A DNA stretch of 63,453 nucleotides, filler included, from Lenisia limosa (taxonomy: Eukaryota > Protista > Breviatea): the NCBI GenBank assembly GCA_001655205.1. It is 18 parts of 18 records of this genome, joined end to end, with 100 filler letters (N's around TTAATTAATTAA, not from the genome) between each part and the next. Parts side by side here need not be neighbours in the genome. Positions count along the whole stretch, not along the records: positions 25,442 to 29,565 come from LPNZ01010031.1; positions 29,666 to 33,030 come from LPNZ01005297.1; positions 33,131 to 35,957 come from LPNZ01008786.1; positions 36,058 to 37,683 come from LPNZ01003652.1; 14 more parts are not named here. One strand, given 5' to 3'. The notes beneath the pieces were generated by a model. The model did not search any database. It saw only the letters and a list, made by a program, of their open reading frames with translations, and was not told the origin of the DNA. The translations under genes and the position numbers were made by a program. This document shows, piece after piece, positions 25,509-37,783 of the stretch; the first letter of the stretch is position 1, and every line of letters begins with the position of its first letter.

Positions 25509-28500
25509 GTAAACTAAAAACTGCCCTTGAAGACCTCAAAAAGTCCCTGGAAGCCGCGGACTCCTCTGGTGTGCCGGTTATAGAGTGATTATAACGGGGG
25601 GTTGGGGGTTTTTTCTTCCCCCCTGCGAAAAAAAATTGTTGAAACTATGAACTGTATTGTTTCGAGGGAATATTTAGAACCATAACCGTTCTAACCCGCT
25701 TATAGAAGAACTTTCATCGTTGCAAAAGAAAATCGAGGCACTTGAAAAAGCCAAGGCAGCCTCAGACAAAGCAAGGCAGAAATGTTGGATGGTTATAATA
25801 TATCATTCTATTTTTTGACAAAAATGTTGCTTTGTGACTGAAATATTGGGTGGAGAAAATAAAATTTTGTTACAGAAATGCTGCTTTTTGATAGACATCT
25901 TGGATGGGGTAATATATCCACTTCAAATTTTCATAATTATTTCTCCATCAATTGAACCGAGTCAACTTTTTTATATTTATATATTTTCCTAGTTTCATAC
26001 ATATCGATATATAATATATAATAGTTTATTATTTAGTTTACTTTTTTGTTTTTATTGTGCCAGTTCATTTGTTTAGCTCTCATGGAACTTCAACAAGCTA
26101 AGCAGCTCTCCAAACAAAGCAGTTGGGCAGGGGAGGGGGGTGTAGTCAAAGAAATGTTGGGCTTTGTTTTTTAGTTATCTATCAACCCTCGTGTTGTCAG
26201 CCAACAGAGTTTTTTATTTACATGTAGCTATATATATATATATATACATGTATGTATAGCTACTACATGTATAATTTGATCATATATCATAGGGTGGTGG
26301 TCAACTTTTGCTTGTTTTTGACATTAATTCCCACTTGTTTGCCTTTGTATCCACAGTGTTCAAAACCAAATGTCTCTTAGACAGTTTTAAATGTTGTTAG
26401 ACGGTGTTTGGTGTTGTTTTTGGGAAATCTAGACCTCATAGAGGCGAGAAAATCGGCTTAGTGACCCCCAAAATGAGGATTTTGATTTTGGCCATCACCA
26501 GGGGTGGTTTATAGTATATGCTCACCTAAATACCGTCATTAATTCAAAATACCGTCATTAATCAAAATACCGTCATTAATTCAAAATACCGTCATTAATT
26601 CAATTTTCTTGTTTTTGTTACGTTTTCTCGTTTCATTGCCTGAATGATCCTTTTTTACTACTAATACAACCATTTTCTTAAAGCATCCGATTTTCTTGTC
26701 AAAATGCACATAAAAATGGTTTGTCTGAAGGCAACAAAAAGAAGGTTCAGACAGTAGTACTCTTCATTATAATTATTTATAAACCTATAACTTAACCTCA
26801 ATTACACATACTATTGAGAAACATCTCAAAGACACCTAAATATAATATGTCACAAGAGATTCATTCAATCAATAAAGCCATTGTCAACAGATAGTATGCT
26901 TACTCATTTATTCCTCTTCTGTTTTTTTGTGCTTGCTTCGACCTTCACCGCTTGCCATTTTGCTTTATCAACCATACTTTGAGCCAATGCTTTAACATCA
27001 CATGGAAACGAAAAGTAAGAGCAATGTGAACATGTCTACAAACAGCTCAACTTGCAAATCTCTTCGAATGGCAGTGAGGTGGGATAGAATTGCACCTTGT
27101 GAAGTATCACAAGACAATTGGCGGAGAGAGCTTTCCTTCACATCAGTGGTGTGGCACACAACCAATAATTACGCAACTCAAAAAAAAGTCAGATAGATTT
27201 CAAAGCAGTAAAACGCGCACCCACCTCTCCTGGAGCCAAAATAGCTACTCTGTGGTTAGNNNNNNNNNNCACATTGGCCACTGTCTTCATCTCCGTCCAT
27301 TTTGTGGCGAAGGGCAGTTACGTGGGTTGCAACACCATACGCCTTGATTGAGGCCTTCATCTTGGCGTCAACTGCAGTCTTGGAATCTGAGGCAAACTTG
27401 ATCTTCTTAGCTACACGAATGCTAGTGTGCCAAAGGCGCGCCATGATAAGGGTACTTTCAGGCTTCACTTGTTAGTGGAACAAAAGGAAACAATAATAAA
27501 ACCGACTACAAATTTTCACTAGTAATGAATAAATGAAGTCATACTTGTGTTTTTTCTTGGCGCTGTAAATCCAAGTCAGAAGGAACACGCTTCTTGGCTN
27601 NNNNNNNNNGGGTAATGAGAAAAGTAATATGTTGTCAATCTTTTTGAAAATAAACACGGCCTCATTGAGGGCAACTTTTTCAATTAGCTTTTCTCCATGA
27701 AAGATGAAAGCGCCACTGTCACTCTTAATCAGTCTGTGATGAACAAAACGGGTCAAACAATCAACGAAAATTGTTCGAGGAATGACAACTGAGAAGGAAC
27801 TATCACAGTCCATGTGGAGGAAAGAGGTGATGGGAAGGCGATTACCAAGAGTGTCGCACTCAACAAACACTTCAATAGCTTTCTTATATTTCTCTTTGGA
27901 CTCGGGATACATGATACTGATCCAGAATCCTAAAAGTAAGAAGGGGAGAGCAGATCATTTCTTACCTTTCGAGATCTGCGAACTGCTTTCGAAGGAAGGC
28001 CACAGAGGATGAAAGAAAAAGACTGTCTTAAATATATGTATATATCTACTGTTTTACACTGCTTAACTAAGTTATAGAGGACAAAAAAAATCTGAGATAA
28101 GAAAACTGCGCGCAGGCGTGGCGCAATTTTAGTGAAAATTGAACGCATGCTGAAGGACCCCATTTACCACCTTTGCTGTTAATTACATCACTATTCTACC
28201 TTTATAATGATTCACAAAGAAAAATTGTCAAAAAACGAATTTTTAAGATCACCAACATGATCACTTGGTGATCAAAAAAATTGCCTTTTTTATGTTTTTT
28301 TTATTTATTTTTTGTATTGTTTACTGCTACTATTAATATAGAAGAGAAGTTTTGGTCATTTTTCAGGAATAAAACGTATCAAAAACAAGAAAATTGAATT
28401 ATTGAAGGTATTTTGAATTAATGACGGTATTTAGGACCGTTAGCATATATTTATTGTTTTTTGGTAAATTGAAATTTTCATTATTTTTACGCGTTTGTTT

Positions 28501-29282
28501 TGGAAACAACCCTCATGTGTTGTCAGCCAACAGTTGATTTTGGGCTTTTTTTTTTTGTTTCATAAATTTCCAATTTTNNNNNNNNNNNNNNNNNNNNNNN
28601 NNNNNNNNNNNNNNNNNNNNNNNNNNNNNNNNNNNNNNNNNNNNCCGGCATAATACTGTATGTTTATTGGAAAAAATAAAAAATGGGGGGAGGGTCTGGG
28701 CTTTCATACATTTGCCAATTTTTTTGTACCTTTACGCCAATCTCTGAGGAATATATCATATATTTTTATAGAATATATATCATATGTATGATATGTATGT
28801 AATAAAGTATATAATTATATGGGGACCTTTTTTCAAATATTTCTCCTAGCGTCGACATTCTCTTCTTTTTACTCCCCTCCCCTAGTTGGAAGCGGAGCAC
28901 ACGTCTCTTAAAGAGGAGTTCAGTTCTTTCCAAGGCGAAAAACAAACTGGTTGGTTTATACCCTATCCCCCACATATACATGTACATATATTGCAATGAT
29001 GAATAAAAAAATATGGTTGTTGGCCGAAGCCGTCCACACCAGATATTGGATTATAGTATAATATTAATTCACCCGACCATTTGCCTTACAACTCCCTCTA
29101 TATTCCAATTCACNNNNNNNNNNNNNNNNNNNNNNNNNNNNNNNNNNNNNNNNNNNNNNNNNNNNNNNNNNNNNNNNNNNNNNNNNNNNNNNNNNNNNNN
29201 NNNNNNNNNNNNNNNNNNNNNNNNNNNNNNNNNNNNNCAAAAGTTGCAGAGCCTCAAAGAGACACATTCGAAGCTTAAGGAG
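25509..29282 (+). CDS. Coiled-coil protein, partial; exons on both sides of the 26515-28449 element
   Basis: Exons KLKTALEDLKKSLEAADSS (25509-), ELSSLQKKIEALEKAKAAS (~25704-), LMELQQAKQL (~26085), LEAEHTSLKEEFSSFQGEKQT (28886-28949), KLQSLKETHSKLKE (-29282). That all belong to one gene is inferred. Confidence 0.45.
27190..27599 (-). CDS. Divergent ribosomal protein eL31-like sequence (cargo)
   Basis: KPESTLIMARLWH..VAKKIKFA..AVDAKMKASIKAYGV..ALRHKMDGDEDS aligns by eye to eL31 EYTINIHKRIH..KEIRKFA..RIDTRLNKAVWAKGI..RLSRKRNEDEDS; CTAAC/AG acceptor at ~27470; 10-N gaps at both ends. Confidence 0.4.
27610..28163 (-). CDS. Hypothetical spliced ORF inside the TIR element
   Basis: A GTAAGA..TTTTAG intron (~27930-27965) joins LWPSFESSSQISK|GFWISIMYPESKEKYKKAIEVFVECDTLGN...; start codon uncertain. 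Confidence 0.35.
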
Positions 29283-29645
29283 GTGGGAAGGGGATAAGCT
29301 TAAGAAGGTTACTGAGATTACTTTCGTTTATGAAGGTTTTATTTAGGGCTTCCCAACGGTCCGAAAAAGACCGTCAATTTATCGACATTTATCGAGAATA
29401 CTGTATATTGGGAAATTCAGTCTTTTTTAGGAAGCTCTAGTTATTATATTATCAAGCTTAATGAGTTGCGCAGATTACCTTAATTTATGCTTGTTGATAA
29501 AACGGAAACAGATCTGTGCGTAATATAAAGTGAGGCATAAAGCAGAATGACTATGAAGATTATATNNNNNNNNNNNNNNNNNNNNNNNNNNNNNNNNNNN
29601 NNNNNNNNNTTAATTAATTAANNNNNNNNNNNNNNNNNNNNNNNN

Positions 29646-29810
29646 NNNNNNNNNNNNNNNNNNNNTGGAGTGATGGGATGCGGTGCTGCAGAAGCTGGAG
29701 TGATGGGATGCGGTGCTGCAGAAGCATCTGGCCTGGGCTTTTTTCATTTTGTTGTTATCAGCCCTCGTATGTTGTCAGCCAACAGAGTTGATTTTGGGCT
29801 TTTTTGCTGA
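29646..29810 (+). repeat. Dispersed repeat family C (exemplar)
   Basis: Consensus GGGATGCGGTGCTGCAGAAGCGGCTGGCCTGGGCTTTGTTTGTTTTG..CAACCCTCGTGTGTTGTCAGCCAACAGAGTTGATTTTGGGC(T)n. Copies at ~12500+, 26150+, 28508+, 29646+, 31765+, 37000-, 39652-, 40125-, 43985-, 45060+, 56505-. Confidence 0.9.
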
Positions 29811-29854
29811 ATTAATTTTCCAATTTTCTACCACCTCCCTCCCTGACGCCACAG

Positions 29855-32800
29855 CCGCAGTAGTGGGACCCGCCCCCCTCACCCAGACCGAGCAAGAAAG
29901 CAAAAACCAGTCCCCTGCATTTGACAACTTCAAAGTGGGTCATTTAGAGCCTTTTTAGCCCCTAACTGGACTATGCAGACTACCTGAGCTAACAATATGA
30001 TTAGTGTGCCAGCTTGAAATCTACGTGGTTTTTCATTATTTGGTCCATGGTTGATTCTTTTTTGTTTGTCGAATTAGAGTCTCAATTGGCTCATAAGTGG
30101 AATGTGTTTTGCCCATAAAACTAAAGACTTTCATCCCCCAAGATAGTGAATTGTCATGTTTGCCGCCCTCCCGCACCATTTTAATCCCCTCTATATGGAC
30201 TTGTATATGTATGTATCCATTATAACACCACGTATTGACCCACCCAGGTTGGGTCTCCAGACCCTACAGCTGATGGTGCATTTGATGACGTGGTCAAGGT
30301 CTGGGGGTGTAATGTGGTCAATATCTGGGGGTATAATTCGGGCTTCACTTTGGTTCACAAATAAGAGTGAATTTCTCGATAAATCCTCGATAACTATCGT
30401 TTTTTTTTTTGATGTTTTTCGAACCGAAGTGAAGTCCTAGGTATAATGTGGTCACGGGGGGTATATAAAAAGTGTGCAGGGTTATAGGTTGGTGTTAAAA
30501 GATCTAACCACCCCAGACGCTTGATTTCGACAGTAGCCTCCCGAATATGAGTCAGATGAGCAAGTCTCATGCCAAAGTGGGGGAGGGGGGACTTGACACA
30601 AAAAGTGGATAATTGTTAGTGGGGGTGTAAAACGAAGAATTTTTGTGATTTCATGTAGTATTGTAAATATAATGTTATATACATCCCTTACGTATTTCAA
30701 AGATAACCCAATCTGTAGGTAGGAGGCGTCAAGTCAATAGAACGTATTGAAACGTCCTCGGCTCCTCCAGTTCATTTACCTGTTCCCACACCAAGCCCAG
30801 CGCAGCGGAGTGATGATGAGCTGAAGGTTGGAGGGGTTTTTATGGGATTGTCTGAACAGTAGGATTATTTAAGATTAATGAGATTATCTTATTGTTGTGT
30901 CAGATTTGTTGTTTTTGTACTTCATTGAGGTATATTGACATTTTTTGGACTGTTGTTTCCCGAACACCTAGTGTGCTGATTTGTTTATGGTGTCCCTATG
31001 TATTCTTATGCTGCCCTGGATATATTAATAGTATATTTTCTTGTTCAAAACACAGTTTGAACCCTCAACTCCCCAGGAAGGCCGATGGAAGTCCTTCAAG
31101 AAGAGCTTAGCGAGGGTCTCGCAGAAACTCAAGAAGAAAGACAAGTCTTCCGTGGGGGGTGGGTGGAACAAAACATCTCTGAGTACCACCTAAAGAGCAG
31201 TTAACATTCAGTGAAATTGGCCATCAGGGTTGATTATGCACATGGTGCTTCAGAAATTTCATTGGTTCATTATGGATTGATAATTTGTGTGTTATTTCCG
31301 ACGTTTAGCAGAGTTGTTTATTTTATTATTATTCAATTTTCTAATATTACCCCCCCCCCCCAGATTGAAAGCTTCTCCCTGCTCTGCCGTATTTGTGAGG
31401 AAATNNNNNNNNNNNNNNNNNNNNNNNNNNNNNNNNNNNNNNNNNNNNNNNNNNNNNNNNNNNNNNNNNNNNNNNNNNNNNNNNNNNNNNNNNNNNNNNN
31501 NNNNNNNNNNNNNNNNNNNNNNNNNNNNNNNNNNNNNNNNNNNNNNNNNNNNNNNNNNNNNNNNNGAAGGGTTGGGGGTGGGGGGTATAGCAATGAGAAA
31601 TAAGCAACAAGGTTGTAGCTGACCGAAGCCGACCACACCATCATACGAGATATTGGATAATAGTGTAGTATTAATTCACCCAATTACTTGTCTTACAACT
31701 CTGTGCACACTTTAATGGACAGAGAGGAGGGAGGTGACAAGGGCTCTGTACCACCCAATCCACTTTTGCGTTGTCAGCCAACAGCGTTGTTTTGGGCTTG
31801 TTTGTTTTGTTGTTTTCAACCTCGTGTGTTGTCAGCCAATAGAGTTGATTTTGGGATATTTTTTTTTTCAAAAATTGTCAAATTTCACTCCCCCCCCCCC
31901 NNNNNNNNNNNNNNNNNNNNNNNNNNNNNNNNNNNNNNNNNNNNNNNNNNNNNNNNNNNNNNNNNNNNNNNNNNNNNNNNNNNNNNNNNNNNNNNNNNNN
32001 NNNNNNNNNNNNNNNNAGAGAAACATTCCGAGGACGTCCACATCGTCGCAAAGATTGCCCATACGTAGGGTGTTCACTTCGGTTCAAAAAAAGACTGCAT
32101 TTCGAAATACAATGTTTTATCGGTCTTTTTTAAACCGAAGTGAAGCCCAAGGATATGTGGGTAAACAAGTGATGAATCTCTCTTGTTGTATGGTCGGGAG
32201 GCTCGCAGAAAGCTGTGTGCACAAAGTTGTAAAGCGAATGATTGGCTGAATTAATACTATACTAAAATCCAATATCTCTGATAAGCGTGATGGTGTGGAC
32301 GGCTGGTGTGGACGGCTTCGGCCAGANNNNNNNNNNNNNNNNNNNNNNNNNNNNNNNNNNNNNNNNNNNNNNNNNNNNNNNNNNNNNNNNNNNNNNNNNN
32401 NNNNNNNNNNNNNNNNNNNNNNNNNNNNNNNNNNNNNNNNNGACTGAATTTCTCGATAAACCCTCGATAAATATCGATATTTAAAAGGTCTTTTTTTGAC
32501 CGTAGGGAAGGCCTAGCTATATATTTTTTAAGTACCATTATTGAACCTGACACAATAGGGCACTTTCAGTGGACACCACTGACCCTCGGTCTATTCGGGA
32601 CGTTGATAAGCAGCTCTTTATCCTCAGGTTTGTTGCAATGATAATGGATAATGGAGGGTAGAATATAGTCTCCCTTGGTGGTTAGTTTTGTTCTCGTCCC
32701 TCCCACCCCTGCAAACACACACACACACACACACACCTACATACATACACTCACACTCATTCCATCACCCCTCAGACGATTTACCTCACGAAATGACTCG

Positions 32801-32867
32801 GTTCTGTTCAAACAGACTGCAGAAGAGGCCAACATCTGCAGCCTCGCAGCCAGGCTTGAGACTCTGG
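29855..32867 (+). CDS. Partial multi-exon gene with a CRICEE...EKHSE zinc-finger-like motif
   Basis: Several AG..GT bounded exons (29855-29934, ~30770-30827, ~31075-31151, 31364-gap, 32018-, ~32550-32627, ~32776-32866). LLCRICEE/EKHSE recalls the N-terminal finger of Rim15/IRE-type kinases. Confidence 0.35.
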
Positions 32868-32948
32868 TAGGGATGAGGCCGATAAGTATCGACCGGTCTT
32901 TTGGGCCGTGAAGGACCCCCTCCATTATTGACAAACCCCCTTTACGCC

Positions 32949-33030
32949 AGTATTCTTCATTGGTATTTCTTTTGTAGTATTCTTTATTGGTATTTCCTTT
33001 GTAGTATTCTTTATTGGTATTTCCTTTGTA
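32949..33030. repeat. 27-bp tandem repeat x3
   Basis: GTAGTATTCTTTATTGGTATTTCCTTT units running into the scaffold end. Confidence 0.85.
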
Positions 33031-33538
33031 NNNNNNNNNNNNNNNNNNNNNNNNNNNNNNNNNNNNNNNNNNNNTTAATTAATTAANNNNNNNNNNNNNN
33101 NNNNNNNNNNNNNNNNNNNNNNNNNNNNNNATTTGAGAAAAATAAAACAATATTCAGTTTTTAATGAACACTATACTGACACCCCCCTCACATCGCTATC
33201 ATAAACGCCAGCTTTGCTCCCGGCCTGGTTCGACTCAGACATTCTGTAGCCAAGAACCTGGGGGGTAAAACGAAGTAAATTTCGATGAGAATATTGGCGA
33301 AAAAGCACGACTCATGAACCGAATAATCTCAAACTCCAAACACAAAAAACAAGCAATAGGGGGGGGGGGGGGGCTTNNNNNNNNNNNNNNNNNNNNNNNN
33401 NNNNNNNNNNNNNNNNNNNNNNNNNNNNNNNNNNNNNNNNNNNNNNNNNNNNNNNNNNNNNNNNNNNNNNNNNNNNNNNNNNNNNNNNNNNNNNNNNNNN
33501 NNNNNNNNNNNNNNNNNNNNNNNNNNNNNNNNNNNCAC

Positions 33539-34952
33539 CTTTTCAAGATTACCATGGTGGAACCTGGCAAGAATGGCAAATAATTCAGGATCAGTTGAGA
33601 TTTTTGACTCAGCAACCTCCAATAAAGACTCCAGCTGGGGGGAGACGGGAAAATAAAGTACGTTTCAATGAAGAATATAGGAGCAGGGGGCACACACACT
33701 GACATACAATGATGAGTACCTTTATACTATCACTATTTTTACATATATACATGTATAAACATTCTTTCCTACCCCTTACTCCCTAACAACGACCGATTAT
33801 AACCGCCTACAATAGACTTGTGACATGAAGAAGGAGCTCCGGCCGCGTTGGGAACGTCGTGAAGAACCACGTTAACAAGGTGGTTTAAGACTTGCATATC
33901 AACCTATGGCAGTAAGATATATAGAAATGAGGAATAAAAAAAGGTGATATCTGGCCGAAGCAGAGATAATGGGTTAGTATACTACTAATGTACCCAATCA
34001 TTTGCCATATCAGTAAGATTGGCAAGGTAATGATGACGACAGTCTGAAAAGCCTTCACTGTAACTGACTACCTTTCCGTTAAGATTCATGATGTTCTGAC
34101 ACGCTGTCATGGCGGACGGGAATTCTCCAAGATCCTGGTGGACGGGGTAAGAGAAAGACTTATTGATACGGGAGGCAGTTTCGAAGCCATTCATGCTCAC
34201 CATAGCAACGTATTGGAAGTTCTCCCACATCTTCCAGCTTTCTCTCCTCTCCTTGAGAGCTTCGATAAGGGCTCTGAACGCCGACTTTCTAAGATGAGGT
34301 GAATAACAGGGGGAGAGAGGAGGGGGGTTCTATTAGAGTGAAATGGTTAACAACAAAAGTGGAGAACTTTCATCATTCATAATGATAATAAATCCACACA
34401 AAAAAAGTATATCCGATATTACATTGGTTCATCAAATATTTTATGCTAATAATTGAAGAGTGTACCCCAGTCTCACTTTTCACCCAGATGGATATAGCAA
34501 GAAGCAAGGTTGGCCCATCCCTCGGCTTCCTGAAACCATAAGTCATCCCATCAATACTAGATTGTAAATTGGTTTTCTCTCATTTTGCCACTTTATCCAA
34601 ACAAAATAAAACCTTGCCCATTTCAACCCACAGAGGGATCCTGAGTACAGAGGCGTGAGAAGGCCTTGGCACCATTGGCGTAGTTTTCAACTGCCATGTT
34701 TGCCATTCTGAACAGTTATATTTCAAATCTCATGAAAAGAACATAATGAGTATTGATTTTGGAAAAAGTTGCCATACTATCAAGAACATCACTTATTCCA
34801 CCTCCAATTACACTTGCTCCACCTCCAATTACAATTACACTTGCTCCACCTCTAATTACACTTGTTCCACCCTACCCCAGGTGGAACCATGATGTCGGGT
34901 AAAGTGGCGAGATTCGAAGACTTTCCTCATAAAAGGGGATGGACTCGGCAAA
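33539..34952 (-). CDS. TTC27: TTC27/Emw1-like TPR protein, partial
   Basis: FAESIPFYEESLRISPLYPTSWFHLG | ENYANGAKAFSRLCTQDPS | EAEGWANLASCYIHLGEK | SAFRALIEALKERRESWKMWENFQYVAM | DLGEFPSAMTACQNIMNL, matching the TTC27 C-terminal TPR series as I recall it. Confidence 0.75.
34797..34872. repeat. ~21-bp intronic tandem repeat
   Basis: TCCACCTCCAATTACACTTGC, 3-4 copies. Confidence 0.8.
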
Positions 34953-36057
34953 CTAAGGCGTAAAGATGAGAGATGGGGGGGGGGGGGNNNNNNNNNNNNN
35001 NNNNNNNNNNNNNNNNNNNNNNNNNNNNNNNNNNNNNNNNNNNNNNNNNNNNNNNNNNNNNNNNNNNNNNNNNNNNNNNNNNNNNNNNNNNNNNNNNNNN
35101 NNNNNNNNNNNNNNNNNNNNNNNNNNNNNNNNNNNNNNNNNNNNNNNNNNNNNNNNNNNNNNNNNNNNNNNNNNNNNNNNNNNNNNNNNNNNNNNNNNCA
35201 AAGATGGCATCAAGAGATTGTTTGAACAATATTTATGTTACCCCACTCACCCTTTTCATAGTAGGACTTGTCCTTCTTCACATCACCAAGCAGGCAGATG
35301 AGATGATGGTCATTGGGATGTTTCTCAATTTCCCTCTCCAGGAGCTCTGTTGCCTAAGAATCGGTGAAAAACGTGTTTGTCTATCAGCATCGAAAAAAGC
35401 CGGAAAACAAAACAAAGAGTCCCCCCCCCCCCNNNNNNNNNNNNNNNNNNNNNNNNNNNNNNNNNNNNNNNNNNNNNNNNNNNNNNNNNNNNNNNNNNNN
35501 NNNNNNNNNNNNNNNNNNNNNNNNNNNNNNNNNNNNNNNNNNNNNNNNNNNNNNNNNNNNNNNNNNNNNNNNNNNNNNNNNNNNNNNNNNNNNNNNNNNN
35601 NNNNNNNNNNNNNNNNNNNNNNNNNNNNNNNNNNNNNNNNNNNNNNNNNNNNNAGCTGATCTACATTGCAAAAGCATGATAGTAAAGGAGGCGTAGGGGG
35701 AGTTGAATAGCAACATTTTGAAATGTAGTGATGGGATGGGATGAGGTCAGAAGTGAATGCAAGTCCAGAGTATGATATAAGTTGACATCGTATGATCCTG
35801 AAACAGTGGTGTGCAGTACACTAACCTAGTGACTGATACAGTCTTCCAGTCTCCTGTTGCAGGGCAGTGAGACAAGGGTAGAGAATGGAGAAGAACGGGA
35901 ATCTACGATCCTGAAAGAGTCAGAGGCGGGTGCGACCGGTCCATTCAGCACTTTTCANNNNNNNNNNNNNNNNNNNNNNNNNNNNNNNNNNNNNNNNNNN
36001 NTTAATTAATTAANNNNNNNNNNNNNNNNNNNNNNNNNNNNNNNNNNNNNNNNNNNN

Positions 36058-37683
36058 TTCGCAGCAAGCTCCTCTTCTTTCTTACGCGCTGCCGCGGCTC
36101 TTTTTTCGGCTTCTTCTCCAGCCTGAGGGGAGTGGGGGGTGAAATTGGACGATGGGTTGACAATGAAAAAGTACGGGAAGGGAATATAATACAAAATTAG
36201 CCCACCTTTTTCGCAGCAGCAGCCTTCTTTTCCTGCTCTGCCTTCTTCTTTTCTTGTTCTGCCTTCTTCTGTTTTTCCTAAAATGGCGTAATCACTGATC
36301 AAGCTCAATAAAATTGAACTGCTTTATGTAAAGATGATAGTACTATTGAGATTTATGCCACGATTAGGGATTAAATTGGAAATGAAAATGATCTCTGATC
36401 TGCAGTTGAGATGTTTTATTATGTCATGATAGTGTCGTATTATGATCTCTGATCGAGTTCAACGAAAATGAGTTAATGTAGATAATTTATCGACCATCAT
36501 TTTCAGGATTGGAGTGAAGCCTTAGAATATGTGTCATTTCATTGTATCAAATAAGCCACTACAAACCTCTTTTTCAAGTCTCTTTCTCTCCTTCTCCTCA
36601 ATTTGGGCTTCGTCAAGAGGCTTTTCTGCGGGAGCTACAGGGGGTGGCAAAATAAACACTTGCTTTAATAATAACTGTAGAAATGAAATTCTTTTTGTAC
36701 ACCCCCCTTCTTTCCTTAACATTTCAATCTAGCCCCCTCAGACCAGCAGCAATAGCAGCGGGTTTCCCCTCCCCCCTCTCCCAACTTCGTGATTAGNNNN
36801 NNNNNNNNNNNNNNNNNNNNNNNNNNNNNNNNNNNNNNNNNNNNNNNNNNCCCCCCCCCAAAACCAGCAGCAGCTGCGGGGGAGGCGGCGGCGGCGGCAG
36901 CCGAAGAACCGTTAACAAGGGGTTTGAGAGGAGCGGGGGGTTCCGAGCGGACCTATGGGAGGGGTTAAAATTGGAAAATTAAAGAAATACAAAACAAAAA
37001 TGCCCAAAATCAACTCTGTTGGCTGACGACACACGAAGGTTGGTAACTACAAAAAAAAGCCCAGGCCAGTCGCTGCAGCAGCACCGCATCCCAATTCAGC
37101 GTATGGAGTGAAATTGGAAAATTTATGAAATATTTTGATTTTATGATAGGGTTTAAGGGTAATATTATGGGATTGTGGGTGGAGGGTTTATTGAGGATTT
37201 ATCGAGGGATTATCGAGGGATTATCGAGGATTTATCGAGGGTTTATCGAGGATTCAGTCTTAAGAGTCGGAAATGAATGCTGACCATTGACACACCCAAA
37301 AGCCTTGATCTCAGAAAGACTCAACACAAACCCTTACCCTTACCTGGTTCGGCAATTCTTCGGCCTTGGCAGGACGAGGGGTTAGTTCTCCTCTCTCCGC
37401 TTTCCTAATATGGTAAAGTAAAGCTTCCTATGTGGGAGGTAAAACTTCCTAATAGGATAAGTAAAGCTTCCCAATGTGGTAAGTAAAGCGTTCAAATAGG
37501 GAAAATTACCCAAAATAGAAAGAAATCAACCTACCAGGCTTCCTAATATGGTGAAAAAAAAATCTTTTAAACATAGCAACTAAACCGGCCTACTCAGCAA
37601 GAGCGTCATCCTTAAGCTCAGAATCATGAACTTCCTCCACTGCAGTTTCGGAGTACATTCCACAGAGCGACGACACAAGATAC
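36058..37683 (-). CDS. Partial Ala/Glu/Lys-rich multi-exon gene
   Basis: Exons YLVSSLCGMYSE..DDALAE|, GELTPRPAKAEELPNQ|, VNGSSAAAAASPAAAAG, PAEKPLDEAQIEEKERKRLEKE|, AGEEAEKRAAAARKKEEELA with canonical splice sites. Confidence 0.5.
37401..37500. repeat. ~22-bp degenerate intronic tandem repeat
   Basis: GTAAAGCTTCCTAAT(G/A)TGGTAA-like units, ~4-5 copies. Confidence 0.6.
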
Positions 37684-37783
37684 NNNNNNNNNNNNNNNNN
37701 NNNNNNNNNNNNNNNNNNNNNNNNNNNTTAATTAATTAANNNNNNNNNNNNNNNNNNNNNNNNNNNNNNNNNNNNNNNNNNNN

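Larger units (their letters stand above)
26515..28449. mobile_element. ~1.9 kb element with long TIRs containing 19-bp subrepeats
   Basis: CCTAAATACCGTCATTAATTCAAAATAC (26525-26552) is the exact reverse complement of 28408-28435. An inner arm AATTCAATTTTCTTGTTTTTG(T/A)TACGTTTT matches between ~26597-26627 and ~28372-28400. The left arm has 4 tandem AAATACCGTCATTAATTCA units. Confidence 0.7.

Noticed and set aside
28090-28163. Mitochondrial targeting peptide (MRSIFTKIAPRLRAVF)
   Set aside because: It cannot be linked in frame to the downstream exons with confidence and lies inside a putative transposon.
28368-28407. Extra exon of the coiled-coil gene
   Set aside because: It is part of the right TIR, being the reverse complement of ~26597-26627.
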